This document shows positions 29,589 to 39,181 of a DNA stretch of 64,000 bases, piece after piece (within the stretch, counting starts at the first letter, position 1; every line of letters starts with the position of its first letter). The DNA comes from a virus: the IMG/VR virus record IMGVR_UViG_3300025011_000027, positions 27,967 to 91,966 of that record. One strand, given 5' to 3'. The notes below the pieces were generated by a model. That model was not told the origin of the DNA and did not search any database. It saw only the letters and a list, made by a program, of their open reading frames with translations. Position numbers and translations under genes: made by a program.

Positions 29589-31259
29589 TCATTCATCGTC
29601 TAGTATCTCAAACAGTAGTATCTTAGCACCTTCATTCTTCTTCAGTGCGTTATCACTTGGTTTCTTTTCTGGAGTTGCAGCTTTCTTTTTGTCTTGAGCA
29701 GTAGGCTTAGAGTCTTTCCCCTCTTTGCCTACCGCCTTCGACGCACCATCTTTTCCTTGTCCCTTAGAAGACTTAGGATCACCGCCTCCCGCGTCTTGCT
29801 CGGCCGTAGCCTGTTCTTGAGCTAGTGACGCTGACATTGCTGACATATACACGGTGCTATCTGGAACGTCTCCGAACTCTAGATCTCCTTCTAATCCCAT
29901 GGAGCGTCGAGATTCGTTAAACGTCATACCAGCTTTAAGTTGTTTACTAATCAATTCTATTCGTCGATCTTCGTCGGCAAGGTCTGTATCATATATCATA
30001 ACTAAATCGTCATAACGAGGTTTAATGACTACTTTAGTTAACCAACTAGCATGTCCAAATATAATGCTCTCTAATCCCTCTTGCTTAGCGTCAGAAAGGA
30101 TTTCATCTTCATTAGCTCCATTACCTATGCTCATCCCACCGCTGGATCCTTTGTCAATTGTAAAGTTAACTATTGACGGGTGCGCTCTGAATGCTGCGGT
30201 CTTTAACTGAATAATAATCCTCAAGAATTCAGCAAATTGAACGTCTTTTGGAAGCTCTCTGATCTTAATTAACTCAGCTTTGAAATTCTCATCCGCAGGG
30301 ATAACTGGCACACGTTGATAGTCTCCAGAACCACTTTGGTCAAGTACTTGTCTTTGAAATGCTCCAAGTCCGATAGGGTCAACGTCACCATATAGAAATA
30401 GCATACTTTCAGGACTGTCTTGATTGAATAGTCCATCATTATATGCCCAAGCATTCAACCACGTTTGTGTAGCCATAATAGACTGCTCTAGTGCCGACCC
30501 TGCTCCATATGCCCATCGGTCAATCTCGACACTTGGGTTGGTAATGTTTACGCTCATTTCTTCAGCGGTCCAGCATGCTACAGGTAAAGCGTCAATCACT
30601 TGAACATATGCGGCGTTAGTAACATCCAATCCATAGGTCTTAAATATTCCTTCATACGATGCGCTTCTGGTGGTTTTGTTCTTCTTAGCAAAGTCCATCA
30701 GAACTTCGATAACAGGACGAATCGTAGTACCGTCCACAAGATGATAAGAGCAAGGTGCTCCAGTACGATCTTTAGTAATGACCATAGCCTTTCGATCATA
30801 TGTAAGCTCTTGGTCTGTGCATACCGCGGCGAAGTCGATAAACCCATTTGGATGAATCATAGGATTGACGTTCTCTATGATCTTCTCAACCTCTTTACAA
30901 CGGCGTATAACGTCCTCTGTGGGGCTATAGTTAGGGTCGGCGTGATTCTCGTTCACCACTCTATATCCGACCTGCTTACCAGGCACTACGACCTTCTTAG
31001 AGAGGTATTTAACTTGTGCTACTCTTGCCATAATGATGATCTTATCTATTAGCGATTTCTCGCGTGATAATCTTAGTAAGTCGAACTGAATAGAGCTATT
31101 TGGTTTGTGGTATCCTGTTCCCGCCATGTCTCGTGCTTGTGAATACTGAGAGAAGAACTTACCTCTAGCTGCTTGCTTTTGAGCTTCTTCTTCCATTTTC
31201 TTGGCGAGCGTTACCCGCTCCGGAACGATTAGCCCATTGTATTGTGCCCACTCAGCCAT
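29589..31259 (-). CDS. portal protein
   Basis: DQELTYDR, YHLVDGTTIR, AYVQVID, YGAGSALE, YNDGLFNQ, KDVQFAEF, MTFNESRRSMGL. Confidence 0.9.
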   Translation of the reverse strand: MAEWAQYNGLIVPERVTLAKKMEEEAQKQAARGKFFSQYSQARDMAGTGYHKPNSSIQFDLLRLSREKSLIDKIIIMARVAQVKYLSKKVVVPGKQVGYRVVNENHADPNYSPTEDVIRRCKEVEKIIENVNPMIHPNGFIDFAAVCTDQELTYDRKAMVITKDRTGAPCSYHLVDGTTIRPVIEVLMDFAKKNKTTRSASYEGIFKTYGLDVTNAAYVQVIDALPVACWTAEEMSVNITNPSVEIDRWAYGAGSALEQSIMATQTWLNAWAYNDGLFNQDSPESMLFLYGDVDPIGLGAFQRQVLDQSGSGDYQRVPVIPADENFKAELIKIRELPKDVQFAEFLRIIIQLKTAAFRAHPSIVNFTIDKGSSGGMSIGNGANEDEILSDAKQEGLESIIFGHASWLTKVVIKPRYDDLVMIYDTDLADEDRRIELISKQLKAGMTFNESRRSMGLEGDLEFGDVPDSTVYMSAMSASLAQEQATAEQDAGGGDPKSSKGQGKDGASKAVGKEGKDSKPTAQDKKKAATPEKKPSDNALKKNEGAKILLFEILDDE

Positions 31260-31314
31260 AACGCTACGCCTCCTAAATTAAATATGTCTTATAAATGATA
31301 TCAGAACTATGTAT

Positions 31315-31342
31315 AGTATAGCGGGTTTTCCCCAAGAGTCAA
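31315..31342 (-). promoter_or_regulatory. sigmaA-type promoter for the portal operon
   Basis: TTGACT-16-TATACT. Confidence 0.55.
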
Positions 31343-31343
31343 C

Positions 31344-31385
31344 AAAAAGAGAACGCGGAGAGGGACCAACCAATCGCGTTCTCTT
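31344..31385 (-). terminator. intrinsic terminator closing the ncRNA
   Basis: AAGAGAACGCG...CGCGTTCTCTT-TTTG. Confidence 0.7.
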
Positions 31386-32000
31386 ATTTGGTATGATGTG
31401 TTGTTGAAGGCATCATACTATTTGTGCCAGAGCAGGTCGCCTACTACCCCTCTGACTTGCATCATACGTTTTGCTTCCTAAAAATACACTATATGTTGAG
31501 GGATAAAGAGTGCATAGACCTTCACTGTCGGGAATTCTGCGGAAACTCCCACCCAATGTCTCTCAAAGTCTCTACACGAACTGAAAGATACATGCTAGTC
31601 CAACATTCAGTATACCACCTTCGTAGGTCTGATAGTCAGAGCTATGCAACATGATAACACACCACCTTATGATTCAATTAGTGTAAGCAATGCCACCTAT
31701 ACTTACGTACTCCCTCGAAGTGTCTTTATCACACTTCTACACTAATGCTTTTCAGCATCCCAAAATTAACTATTTTTAAGAGATAAGCGAACCTGGATTC
31801 AGTTCCCAATTAGATTGGGCACCTCCATAGAGTTCGCTTCTATTTCTCTTGAATGCTTCTTACCCTCCCAGAATAAGCATTCGACACACTGCCCTCACTT
31901 TCAGATTCTTACTTGCAGTGCTTCCCTAGTTACTTAATCCTGGCTGTTAGTTCATCAGCGTACTCATTTACTCGCGGGCAATATTATCCGCCGCCACCAA
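31345..32000 (-). ncRNA. large structured ncRNA candidate (ROOL/GOLLD-like size class)
   Basis: ~650 nt with no sense-strand ORF, packed with nested helices, ends in a terminator. Confidence 0.65.
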
Positions 32001-32004
32001 GATG

Positions 32005-32259
32005 TTAGTCCAAACTCGTTCTGCGCTCACTGAGCTTCGGTTGTTTCTTACGGTGTACATTCTTACCGTCTTTACAATCGGGACACAAGCATGCTACCGC
32101 TCTGTGGCTGTGAGTGACTAATGAAGAGCCAAGGAAACGTAGTCCTTGGAGCGTTCGTTTACATTGATCGCACTGAAAGGGAAATAAAGTATCACACTCT
32201 TGCCAAACAATGTTTTGCTTTATTGGTGAACCTTTAAACCCATCAAACGCTCTAGCCAT
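32005..32259 (-). CDS. hypothetical Zn-finger protein
   Basis: CDQC...CPDC. Confidence 0.55.
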   Translation of the reverse strand: MARAFDGFKGSPIKQNIVWQECDTLFPFQCDQCKRTLQGLRFLGSSLVTHSHRAVACLCPDCKDGKNVHRKKQPKLSERRTSLD

Positions 32260-32564
32260 CAGTTTTTACTTGGATCAAGCTTAGCGTTATCAAGCTCAAT
32301 AAGAATAGCTCTTACCTGAGGATTAGTTTCTGCGGTTTTAATAAGGAGTGCATTCTGGTCAGCCATAAACTCAGCTTTAGCTTTTCGAACGTCTTCCTCA
32401 GTAACTACACCTGCCGACAATAAGAGGGTTAGAATAAACTCCGATCCATCCCTCGATAGCATTTCTTCAGTGTAGTACATTTTGTTAGGATCTAACTGCT
32501 TAAGCTCTATGACTGCCGCGGCTGGTTTGTTTCTGAACTGACTTAAATCAGGAATTTTGCTCAT
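32259..32564 (-). CDS. hypothetical protein
   Basis: RBS, coupled ORF. Confidence 0.6.
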   Translation of the reverse strand: MSKIPDLSQFRNKPAAAVIELKQLDPNKMYYTEEMLSRDGSEFILTLLLSAGVVTEEDVRKAKAEFMADQNALLIKTAETNPQVRAILIELDNAKLDPSKN

Positions 32565-32693
32565 TTGAGTTCCTCTTCTCTAACTAAACGTCATAAAATC
32601 TTCTGAGAGCTTACGTGCGGCGCTGTGCGGCATTTTGATGTTCTTTATGTGCAAATACTTCCCGCGCATGCGCTGACTCGTTACGGGCTAAAT

Positions 32694-32924
32694 CTACATG
32701 ATCCTATTTCTACTTTTGTACTGCATATATAGAAATTCAATGATAGCGTAACCAAATCCACCTAATATCACTAAAATTAAGAGTGGGATAGCTACTTGGA
32801 TTCCCATACTGAAAGTTAAACAGACAAATGATACGACTAGCCAAAATAAGAATTTAAGTGCTTTCATAGTGTTGCGCCTTCCTTCTTTAGTTTTACATAT
32901 TATAACATAAGGAAAGCGCACCAT
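32694..32924 (-). CDS. small membrane protein (likely start MKALKF at ~32867)
   Basis: Two hydrophobic helices. Confidence 0.5.
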   Translation of the reverse strand: MVRFPYVIICKTKEGRRNTMKALKFLFWLVVSFVCLTFSMGIQVAIPLLILVILGGFGYAIIEFLYMQYKSRNRIM

Positions 32925-33111
32925 ACTATCCTTAGTTTTTAACGATTACGCTTCCGTGATGCTTTGGCAACTTTGTTCGCGCGGTTACGTTTTGCACGAT
33001 ACCTAAATAGTTTGAAATCCTCTTCATTTAGAGGAAAGTCTCTGCGCTCTTGACTTGGCATCATAGCTGCTAGAATCTCATCTGGTAAACCACTTCCGTA
33101 CGACAAATTGA

Positions 33112-33378
33112 TCACTCTCTTTCTAATCTTTTTAAGAACTTATCACGAACTAAGATCATTCCCATAGCCATTTGGGGATTAACTTTTCTCGCATATTGAA
33201 GCTCTTCATTTATGTCCGCAAGAAAAGCCTTTATTCGTTGATCATCAGACAGTCGTGATGGTTCTTCGTTTCCGCATACGGAACAGACATGTACCATGAT
33301 AATCGAATCAGGCATATTATCCCCTCCTTGACTGAATGACTTTATCTGTAACCCGTTGAGCTGCAATCTTGAATGCAA
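33112..33378 (-). CDS. hypothetical protein (likely start MPDS after AGGAGG)
   Basis: CSVCG; internal RBS. Confidence 0.5.
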   Translation of the reverse strand: MHSRLQLNGLQIKSFSQGGDNMPDSIIMVHVCSVCGNEEPSRLSDDQRIKAFLADINEELQYARKVNPQMAMGMILVRDKFLKRLERE

Positions 33379-33414
33379 AGAATAGGATAAGATATCCCAG
33401 TGTTGCCATAATAC

Positions 33415-33810
33415 TTACCTCCCCGCATTAGAATTTTTACGACCATTGGGAGATTTAACTATGTACACGCAACCGCACTCTAAGCATGTTACGCTTACTA
33501 GGTCATGGTCTTGACTAAGGTTTTCCTTTTCTGTTCGTAAATATCTTGCCGCAGATGTTTCAGCATAACAAGTAGGACAGCTTGAAGTAATTTGAGAGGA
33601 TTCGATACTGATAATTGGTAAGTCGCCATGATAGGAAAGGATACGCACTGAGTAACTAAATATCTGAAGTCTCTCGACATTGTACTTCTTGATGATATGA
33701 GCTATCCAGTGCATTAAATCGTTTCTGCTACACTTTCCATGAGCGTAATAGCTGATTAGGTTATGGATGTGAGTACGATCTTCGAGGGTAGGGAATTGAA
33801 GAACTGGCAT
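33415..33810 (-). CDS. hypothetical Zn-ribbon protein
   Basis: CPTC...CLECG; RBS AGGAGGTG. Confidence 0.6.
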   Translation of the reverse strand: MPVLQFPTLEDRTHIHNLISYYAHGKCSRNDLMHWIAHIIKKYNVERLQIFSYSVRILSYHGDLPIISIESSQITSSCPTCYAETSAARYLRTEKENLSQDHDLVSVTCLECGCVYIVKSPNGRKNSNAGR

Positions 33811-33837
33811 GTTATCACACCTCCTAACCTTATTTAG

Positions 33838-34575
33838 TTACTCGATTATACCGATGCTCTTGAACTTACCTTCATTGTCAAAACTATAGTAAGTCGCGTA
33901 ACCCACTAAACCGACAGTTTTTGGCTCCTTGTTAACAATGTTAATGAAGATGACTGGTTCTTTAACATCATTGAGGTCTTCACCGAAAGGCACTTCGAAT
34001 TCACTGAACATGGTTTTAACTCTCACATAGTCTGTATCCGCTGCGAACTCAGGAGCAACATAAGCTGGAGCGTCTTCTTTCTCCTCAGCGTCAGTGGTAT
34101 TGAATAGCCCGCACTCGCTTTTCTTATCGCATGTATCGCAACCTTTGGCCTCTTGCATGAGCTTAAACGCTCTACCGGCAACATCATACAGAACGCAGTG
34201 GATAACATTGTCGCCGCCTTCAGCTAACCCATATCCAACATCTTCAATCTTGACTTCGCACGTTGCAACATCATAACCGCAAGTGTCACAAAGGTTGGTC
34301 CTGTAAGCGTCAACTTCATAATCCTGCAGGAGAACTTCGCTGAGCTTCAATTCTTCGCCACGCTCAAGCTTTAAGACTTTCCACATTATGCCTATTGGAT
34401 GATTGAGCACCTCAGCGGTTAGGTCATGCATAACGCAACCAATCACGTTCTCACTTGGGCCATAAGTTACATCTTCAGGCTTCACGATGCAGTTTAACCC
34501 CTTAACCATTGTACAGGAATCACAAAGGTGGATGGGTTTCTCACCAGCGGTATCTTTCTCAGTTTTCTCGTTCAT
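33838..34575 (-). CDS. Cys-rich repeat protein
   Basis: Two LCD(S/T)C...C....EDV.YG....NVI.CV..D repeats. Confidence 0.65.
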   Translation of the reverse strand: MNEKTEKDTAGEKPIHLCDSCTMVKGLNCIVKPEDVTYGPSENVIGCVMHDLTAEVLNHPIGIMWKVLKLERGEELKLSEVLLQDYEVDAYRTNLCDTCGYDVATCEVKIEDVGYGLAEGGDNVIHCVLYDVAGRAFKLMQEAKGCDTCDKKSECGLFNTTDAEEKEDAPAYVAPEFAADTDYVRVKTMFSEFEVPFGEDLNDVKEPVIFINIVNKEPKTVGLVGYATYYSFDNEGKFKSIGIIE

Positions 34576-34611
34576 TTAGTGGTCAACTCGCTTTCTTTCT
34601 TAGATGCTTAA

Positions 34612-34641
34612 TATATAACAAGATCATCGAATTTTTTAAGT
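34612..34641 (-). promoter_or_regulatory. phage-specific promoter motif (copy 2)
   Basis: ACTTAAAAAA...TTGTTATATA. Confidence 0.7.
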
Positions 34642-34643
34642 GA

Positions 34644-35144
34644 CTAAAAGTTTGTTTTAATGAAGTCGATTAAGGACTGAATATCTTCATTAAGACGCTT
34701 GTTTCGTGACGCTATCACCATCGCATACCCGTCTTCTGACTCATCTTTGCTACAATTGATGGTATAGTTATATCCTTCAATCTGGTGTCCAATGGTATCA
34801 AGCAACTTAAACAGAGGAGCATTAAGTGTATGATCTGTCAGTAAGGGAACATCTTTAACCAGTTCGACTTTGCTTCTGTCTTCAGCAATAGCCCTACCTA
34901 ACTTCTTGTTAAGCTCTTGCTGGATTAAAGGGCTTGGGCAAGATAGTAAATTAACTACGTGGCGACAACCCTCATTCATAATTTTACCTATGATAGCATC
35001 TTTCATATCATGAGTATAGAATGCAGGATCAGTAAACACTTTGTCCATTGCAGGACACTTAGCGCACCTTCTCAATTTCTCATCTTGCGCGGTTATTTCA
35101 GAATAAGTTTTAAGACCAAACTTCCAAGCATTTTTCTCTTTCAT
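34644..35144 (-). CDS. hypothetical protein (paralog of 35188-35532)
   Basis: CAKC...GC...CPS motif. Confidence 0.6.
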   Translation of the reverse strand: MKEKNAWKFGLKTYSEITAQDEKLRRCAKCPAMDKVFTDPAFYTHDMKDAIIGKIMNEGCRHVVNLLSCPSPLIQQELNKKLGRAIAEDRSKVELVKDVPLLTDHTLNAPLFKLLDTIGHQIEGYNYTINCSKDESEDGYAMVIASRNKRLNEDIQSLIDFIKTNF

Positions 35145-35187
35145 TAGTTTAATAGCCTCCTTTAGTTTTTAAAGTTATTCACCCTCT

Positions 35188-35532
35188 TTAGGCAGGTTCC
35201 CAGCAACTCATTTCTTCTTCCATTGTTGAAATAAGATCGTCGATAGTTTCAATAGGTTCGTCGTTGCCTGTAAAGGCTTCGAACTCTTGACGCAATACAC
35301 CAACTTGGTTGTACATTTCAAGTAGATCAAGTAAGCGCATGAGCTTCGTATTGTCTACCTTAGGAGGCAATAGATCTTCTTTTGCAAGAGTGCTTGGACA
35401 TATCTCCATCCCGTATCCTTTGTAGCAACCAGTCTTCCGTAGCTTGTCGATGATGATTACTTTATGCTCTTCAGTGTGGTCCTCTTTCAGTGCTATGCAC
35501 TTTGCACAACCTACTTTGATTTCATTCTCCAT
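35188..35532 (-). CDS. hypothetical protein
   Basis: CAKC...GC...CPS motif. Confidence 0.6.
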   Translation of the reverse strand: MENEIKVGCAKCIALKEDHTEEHKVIIIDKLRKTGCYKGYGMEICPSTLAKEDLLPPKVDNTKLMRLLDLLEMYNQVGVLRQEFEAFTGNDEPIETIDDLISTMEEEMSCWEPA

Positions 35533-35671
35533 TAACCATCACTCGCTTTCTTTCTTAACTCCATGTGGTCTAGTATTCCCACATATGCAACCGCGGCTGT
35601 GAATGCAATTAAAAATGATACAATGACTATCGTTAACATAAAAAACTCCCTTCATTTGCTATCTGAATAGA

Positions 35672-35701
35672 TATATAACAAATGAGGAGAATTTTTTAAG
35701 T
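35672..35701 (-). promoter_or_regulatory. phage-specific promoter motif (copy 3)
   Basis: ACTTAAAAAA...TTGTTATATA. Confidence 0.7.
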
Positions 35702-35702
35702 G

Positions 35703-35924
35703 CTATTTGATATAGCCTAACTCATCCACTAACCCGCGCTTATCCAATTCATCATAAATTGCTCTACTCTCTATGCCTGTGTACTCGTTAGACATCCCAC
35801 AACTTTGATCCATCTGTAACGCATCATGACCAGTTTTAAGGAACTCATTAGTGGCGGTTGGTATCATCTTCAGTATGTTCTCGTGTCGTTGCTTTCTACG
35901 CTTCTTAAATCCAAATAGATCCAC
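35703..35924 (-). CDS. hypothetical protein
   Basis: Coupled ORF. Confidence 0.5.
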   Translation of the reverse strand: MDLFGFKKRRKQRHENILKMIPTATNEFLKTGHDALQMDQSCGMSNEYTGIESRAIYDELDKRGLVDELGYIK

Positions 35925-36307
35925 TATCCTCTATAACTCCCTTCATTATCAAATATAGGTAGAAAAGAAGTCTCTCTTACAAATTCGGGATACTCTCTCA
36001 TGGTAAACCTGCATCCTGGATCGTAGAACCAACCATTATTCCACACTGTCCAATGAGTGTTCTTATCGTCTGTGAAATGCAGCTTCACTATGCATAGATC
36101 AGGCTTCTTAACTCCTGTACTCAGTCTAATAAGCTTATCCCCACATTTGATACCTAAAGAGGTCAAAGCTTTCACAACATCCCTTGTTCTAGTTCCGCCC
36201 TTTGTACTGAATACTTTTATTGACTCTTCAAGAGTAATATCCGCAAGCATCGCCACGCATGTTTGGCCACATAAACTCGAATCTCTCGGCTGCTGAAGTA
36301 GGTTCAT
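35924..36307 (-). CDS. peptidase C39-like protein
   Basis: QQP...LCGQTCVAML, HWTVW, YDP (Cys-His-Asp). Confidence 0.75.
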   Translation of the reverse strand: MNLLQQPRDSSLCGQTCVAMLADITLEESIKVFSTKGGTRTRDVVKALTSLGIKCGDKLIRLSTGVKKPDLCIVKLHFTDDKNTHWTVWNNGWFYDPGCRFTMREYPEFVRETSFLPIFDNEGSYRG

Positions 36308-36308
36308 A

Positions 36309-36467
36309 TCATTTTACTCCCTTAAACCAACGTACTTGCATTAGTGGAATATGTATAGTCTCACCATTCTCTAATTTGAGCCAAAGTAGTGCAAATCCTG
36401 CTCTTGCTTCAACAACTTTAAATTCCTCTACATAACCGTCCATCCATTTTACTTTAACAGGCATCAT
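36309..36467 (-). CDS. small hypothetical protein
   Basis: Not in the ORF track; MMPVKVKWMDGYVEEF...; RBS GGGAG. Confidence 0.55.
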   Translation of the reverse strand: MMPVKVKWMDGYVEEFKVVEARAGFALLWLKLENGETIHIPLMQVRWFKGVK

Positions 36468-36503
36468 TCTTAATAGCTCCCTTCCTGGTACATTCTACTT
36501 GAA

Positions 36504-36533
36504 TATATAACAAAAAGAGAGCTATTTTTAAGT
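36504..36533 (-). promoter_or_regulatory. phage-specific promoter motif (copy 4)
   Basis: ACTTAAAAA...TTGTTATATA. Confidence 0.7.
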
Positions 36534-36536
36534 CGA

Positions 36537-38072
36537 TTATACGTAAAATTCATTTGGTATGATCTTAGGTTTTGCAAGTGATATAGCATTCTCAAGCGCA
36601 TCCAAAATATCATCATGAGAAGCCTTCGGTCCATACACCACCATTTGGTTGTAGCACTTCTTAAACTTGCTGTGAATACGTCTGCCTGGCATTCTCGTGT
36701 TATCTACAAATCCATCCTCATGGTCAAGTGCTTCTCTCATATAGACCTGCCCGTTCTCAAAATAAGGCTGCATAGTCATTAAGCGGGTATACTTGTCACT
36801 GATATGATTGAGGCCCTTAACCGGTATCACAGCGTCTTTAATGACCTGTTGCTTCAGTGCCTGTTGGTATGCATTCGTCTCTATTCCAACTCTTGACGGT
36901 AGCCACTCTTGATACTTCTTCACGATCATTTGAACCTGTACTATAAAGTCTATGTGACCATCCCAAGGATCTAATAACACTATCTTACTAGTGGGAGTTA
37001 TTCCAATCGTGAAGTCTACAAAGTCGTCCGCACTCTCTTTCTCACTGATAGCAGGGTCAATACCTTGATAGAGCGTAAGAGGTTCACCATTGAATATCCA
37101 ATGTTCTTTTTCTTCATCGAATTTGATTTGTGAGCTTGTGTACCACTTGAGCCACTTTGCAGGGAATGCTCCACCTGTGAGTGATTGTGGTCTTTGCTGA
37201 TAGAGACTAGTCCACTCATAACTTCCAATGCTTGCTCTAATTCCATAATACCTTGTAAGAGGGAACTGTTCTGGCCAAAGTGGCTCTCCAATACTTCGTT
37301 CAAGTACGTCTCCTTCTTCTGCGAGTGCTGGGAGGTTGATAATGTCCCATTGTTCTGCAAATTCATCACCATCCTGCATAGCTTTTATCAGTCTTCCTGC
37401 CAGATCATCTTCATGCCATCTAGTCATAATTAAGATGATAGCTCCATCACTCTCTAAACGTGTATAAGCGGCTGAACAATACCACTCCCAGATACTATTC
37501 CTCATTACTTCACTGTTCGCCTCTTGACGGTCTTTATGTGGATCGTCGATGATTAAAATGTTAGCGCCTTTCCCTGTGAATGAACCTCTTACCCCTGCAC
37601 AACCATATCCTCCACTGACAGATACTCCATCCTTTGTGCTTTGTAATGCCCAATCATCTACAGCTTGGCTATCTTGTGCTAACTGTACTCCAAATAGTTC
37701 TGGTCCATATTCACTAACTAATCCTCTTGTTTGTCTTGAGAACTTGTTTACTAAGCTTGCCGAATAAGATGCTGCAAGTATTCTGTGGTCAGAATGCTTA
37801 CCAAGGTACCAAGCTGGGAAATGAATAGTTGCTGTCTGTGACTTATAATGTCGAGGGGCGGTAAATATCATTAGTCGTTTAATCTTCCCCTGCTCTACTT
37901 CCATCAGCTTTTTATCTATCAGCAATTGATGCTTAGCCTGCCACGCTTTAGCTCCTTTAGGACTGACATAGTACTTATATCCAGTAAGGTTAGCTCTTGC
38001 CGCGCCTACTTGCCATTCATGATTTGTAAATTGGGGTATCTGCTGCGCTGCTTGTGCCATATTACCATTCAC
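36537..38072 (-). CDS. terL: terminase large subunit
   Basis: Walker A APRHYKS, Walker B ILIIDDPHK, IMTRWHEDDLAG, nuclease GIDPA and HDDILDA. Confidence 0.95.
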   Translation of the reverse strand: MNGNMAQAAQQIPQFTNHEWQVGAARANLTGYKYYVSPKGAKAWQAKHQLLIDKKLMEVEQGKIKRLMIFTAPRHYKSQTATIHFPAWYLGKHSDHRILAASYSASLVNKFSRQTRGLVSEYGPELFGVQLAQDSQAVDDWALQSTKDGVSVSGGYGCAGVRGSFTGKGANILIIDDPHKDRQEANSEVMRNSIWEWYCSAAYTRLESDGAIILIMTRWHEDDLAGRLIKAMQDGDEFAEQWDIINLPALAEEGDVLERSIGEPLWPEQFPLTRYYGIRASIGSYEWTSLYQQRPQSLTGGAFPAKWLKWYTSSQIKFDEEKEHWIFNGEPLTLYQGIDPAISEKESADDFVDFTIGITPTSKIVLLDPWDGHIDFIVQVQMIVKKYQEWLPSRVGIETNAYQQALKQQVIKDAVIPVKGLNHISDKYTRLMTMQPYFENGQVYMREALDHEDGFVDNTRMPGRRIHSKFKKCYNQMVVYGPKASHDDILDALENAISLAKPKIIPNEFYV

Positions 38073-38090
38073 CTTTCTTTGATCTTACAA

Positions 38091-38243
38091 TATAAAATAG
38101 CTCTAAACGTGTCTTCGGTGTATGTTTTACCCCGGTCAGAACACGGATTTTGCTCAATTTTGAGCATTTAGAGCTATTTTATAGCATAAGGTCAGGAGGT
38201 TAAGGTGCATTTAGGAGTACCTATTGCACCTTTTCTTACCTGA
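38091..38243. repeat. inverted-repeat / multibranch structured spacer between terS and terL
   Basis: 17-bp perfect IR TATAAAATAGCTCTAAA (38091-38107) / TTTAGAGCTATTTTATA (38167-38183) enclosing two hairpins; a further AAGGTGCA/TGCACCTT stem. Confidence 0.7.
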
Positions 38244-38278
38244 AAGAGCATTTATCATATCTTTTTAAGTGCTTGTGT

Positions 38279-38977
38279 CTACACCGGGTCAGAAGTGACA
38301 CCGACTTCTTTTTCGTCTTCAACTATGACAGCTTCTTCGACTAAATCAGGTGCTGGGAGTTGACTGAATATCTGTGAAATAAGATCAGGATTAGAGGAAA
38401 TAATCTTTTCAGTCACGCTATAATTATGCTCTACGGTGTGCGTAACCGTTCCGGTATGATTAATACTAAGCTTATCATTCAGCATGCCCATATGCCTTGC
38501 TAGAAGCTCTAAACTGCCTTTCTTATCGTAGAATTTGATGCTTATTCCAGCGTTCGTTTGAGTTATCGACTGAATACAAGCAGCCTGGGCTTCGGTAAGC
38601 ATGGAAGAATCCTTCAATCTGAATACATCTCTACCGAACTCGTCCACGCTCCACTCCATGAAGTCTGTTGGATTATAAAAAGCAAGTCTCGCTATCTCTA
38701 AAAGCACACGCTCACGACTGACATCAGCACTGATTTTACAATTATGCTCAGCAATTTCCCTTACTGCCCTCTTTATATTAAGGTTTGTTAAGAGTTGGGA
38801 AGCTTGTACTCTAGCAGTGGGACGGCTATACCCTGACCTTATTGCAGCTTGTTCACCATGAAAGTCAATGGCGTACTCTCTAACAAATTTCAATTGTTGT
38901 TCTGTCAAGTTCTCTGTAATCTCTTCTGATAGTAATTGTGATCTTTCTTGATAATTTGTTATTGATTTCCAAGTCAT
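38279..38977 (-). CDS. terS: terminase small subunit
   Basis: LTEQQLKFVREY..D...QAAIRSGYS..TA...ASQLL; IKFYDKKGSLELLARHMGM. Confidence 0.9.
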   Translation of the reverse strand: MTWKSITNYQERSQLLSEEITENLTEQQLKFVREYAIDFHGEQAAIRSGYSRPTARVQASQLLTNLNIKRAVREIAEHNCKISADVSRERVLLEIARLAFYNPTDFMEWSVDEFGRDVFRLKDSSMLTEAQAACIQSITQTNAGISIKFYDKKGSLELLARHMGMLNDKLSINHTGTVTHTVEHNYSVTEKIISSNPDLISQIFSQLPAPDLVEEAVIVEDEKEVGVTSDPV

Positions 38978-39181
38978 GGCACTTTCAGCTCTTTTCTTTC
39001 ATATATCCCCGCCGGCGAAAATTTTTCTAGCTGCGGGTAGTAACTAGTGGTAATTGATCTACCATTGTTCCATAGTCCATTTGATTTTACACAACATGTT
39101 AAGAAAATACTACGATACAAGTTACAAAACCTATTGCAAAATACAATGCAGAATATAGCGCAACTTGAAGCTCTGTAATTT

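Noticed and set aside
31424-31654. Plus-strand 76-aa ORF, or a tRNA, inside the ncRNA region
   Set aside because: No RBS, antisense to all genes; no cloverleaf with a T-loop and acceptor stem could be built.
38160-38185. TTTAGAGCTAT resembles the start of a type II-A CRISPR repeat (possible RNA anti-CRISPR)
   Set aside because: Only 11 nt match, single copy, AT-rich, and it is one arm of a local inverted repeat.
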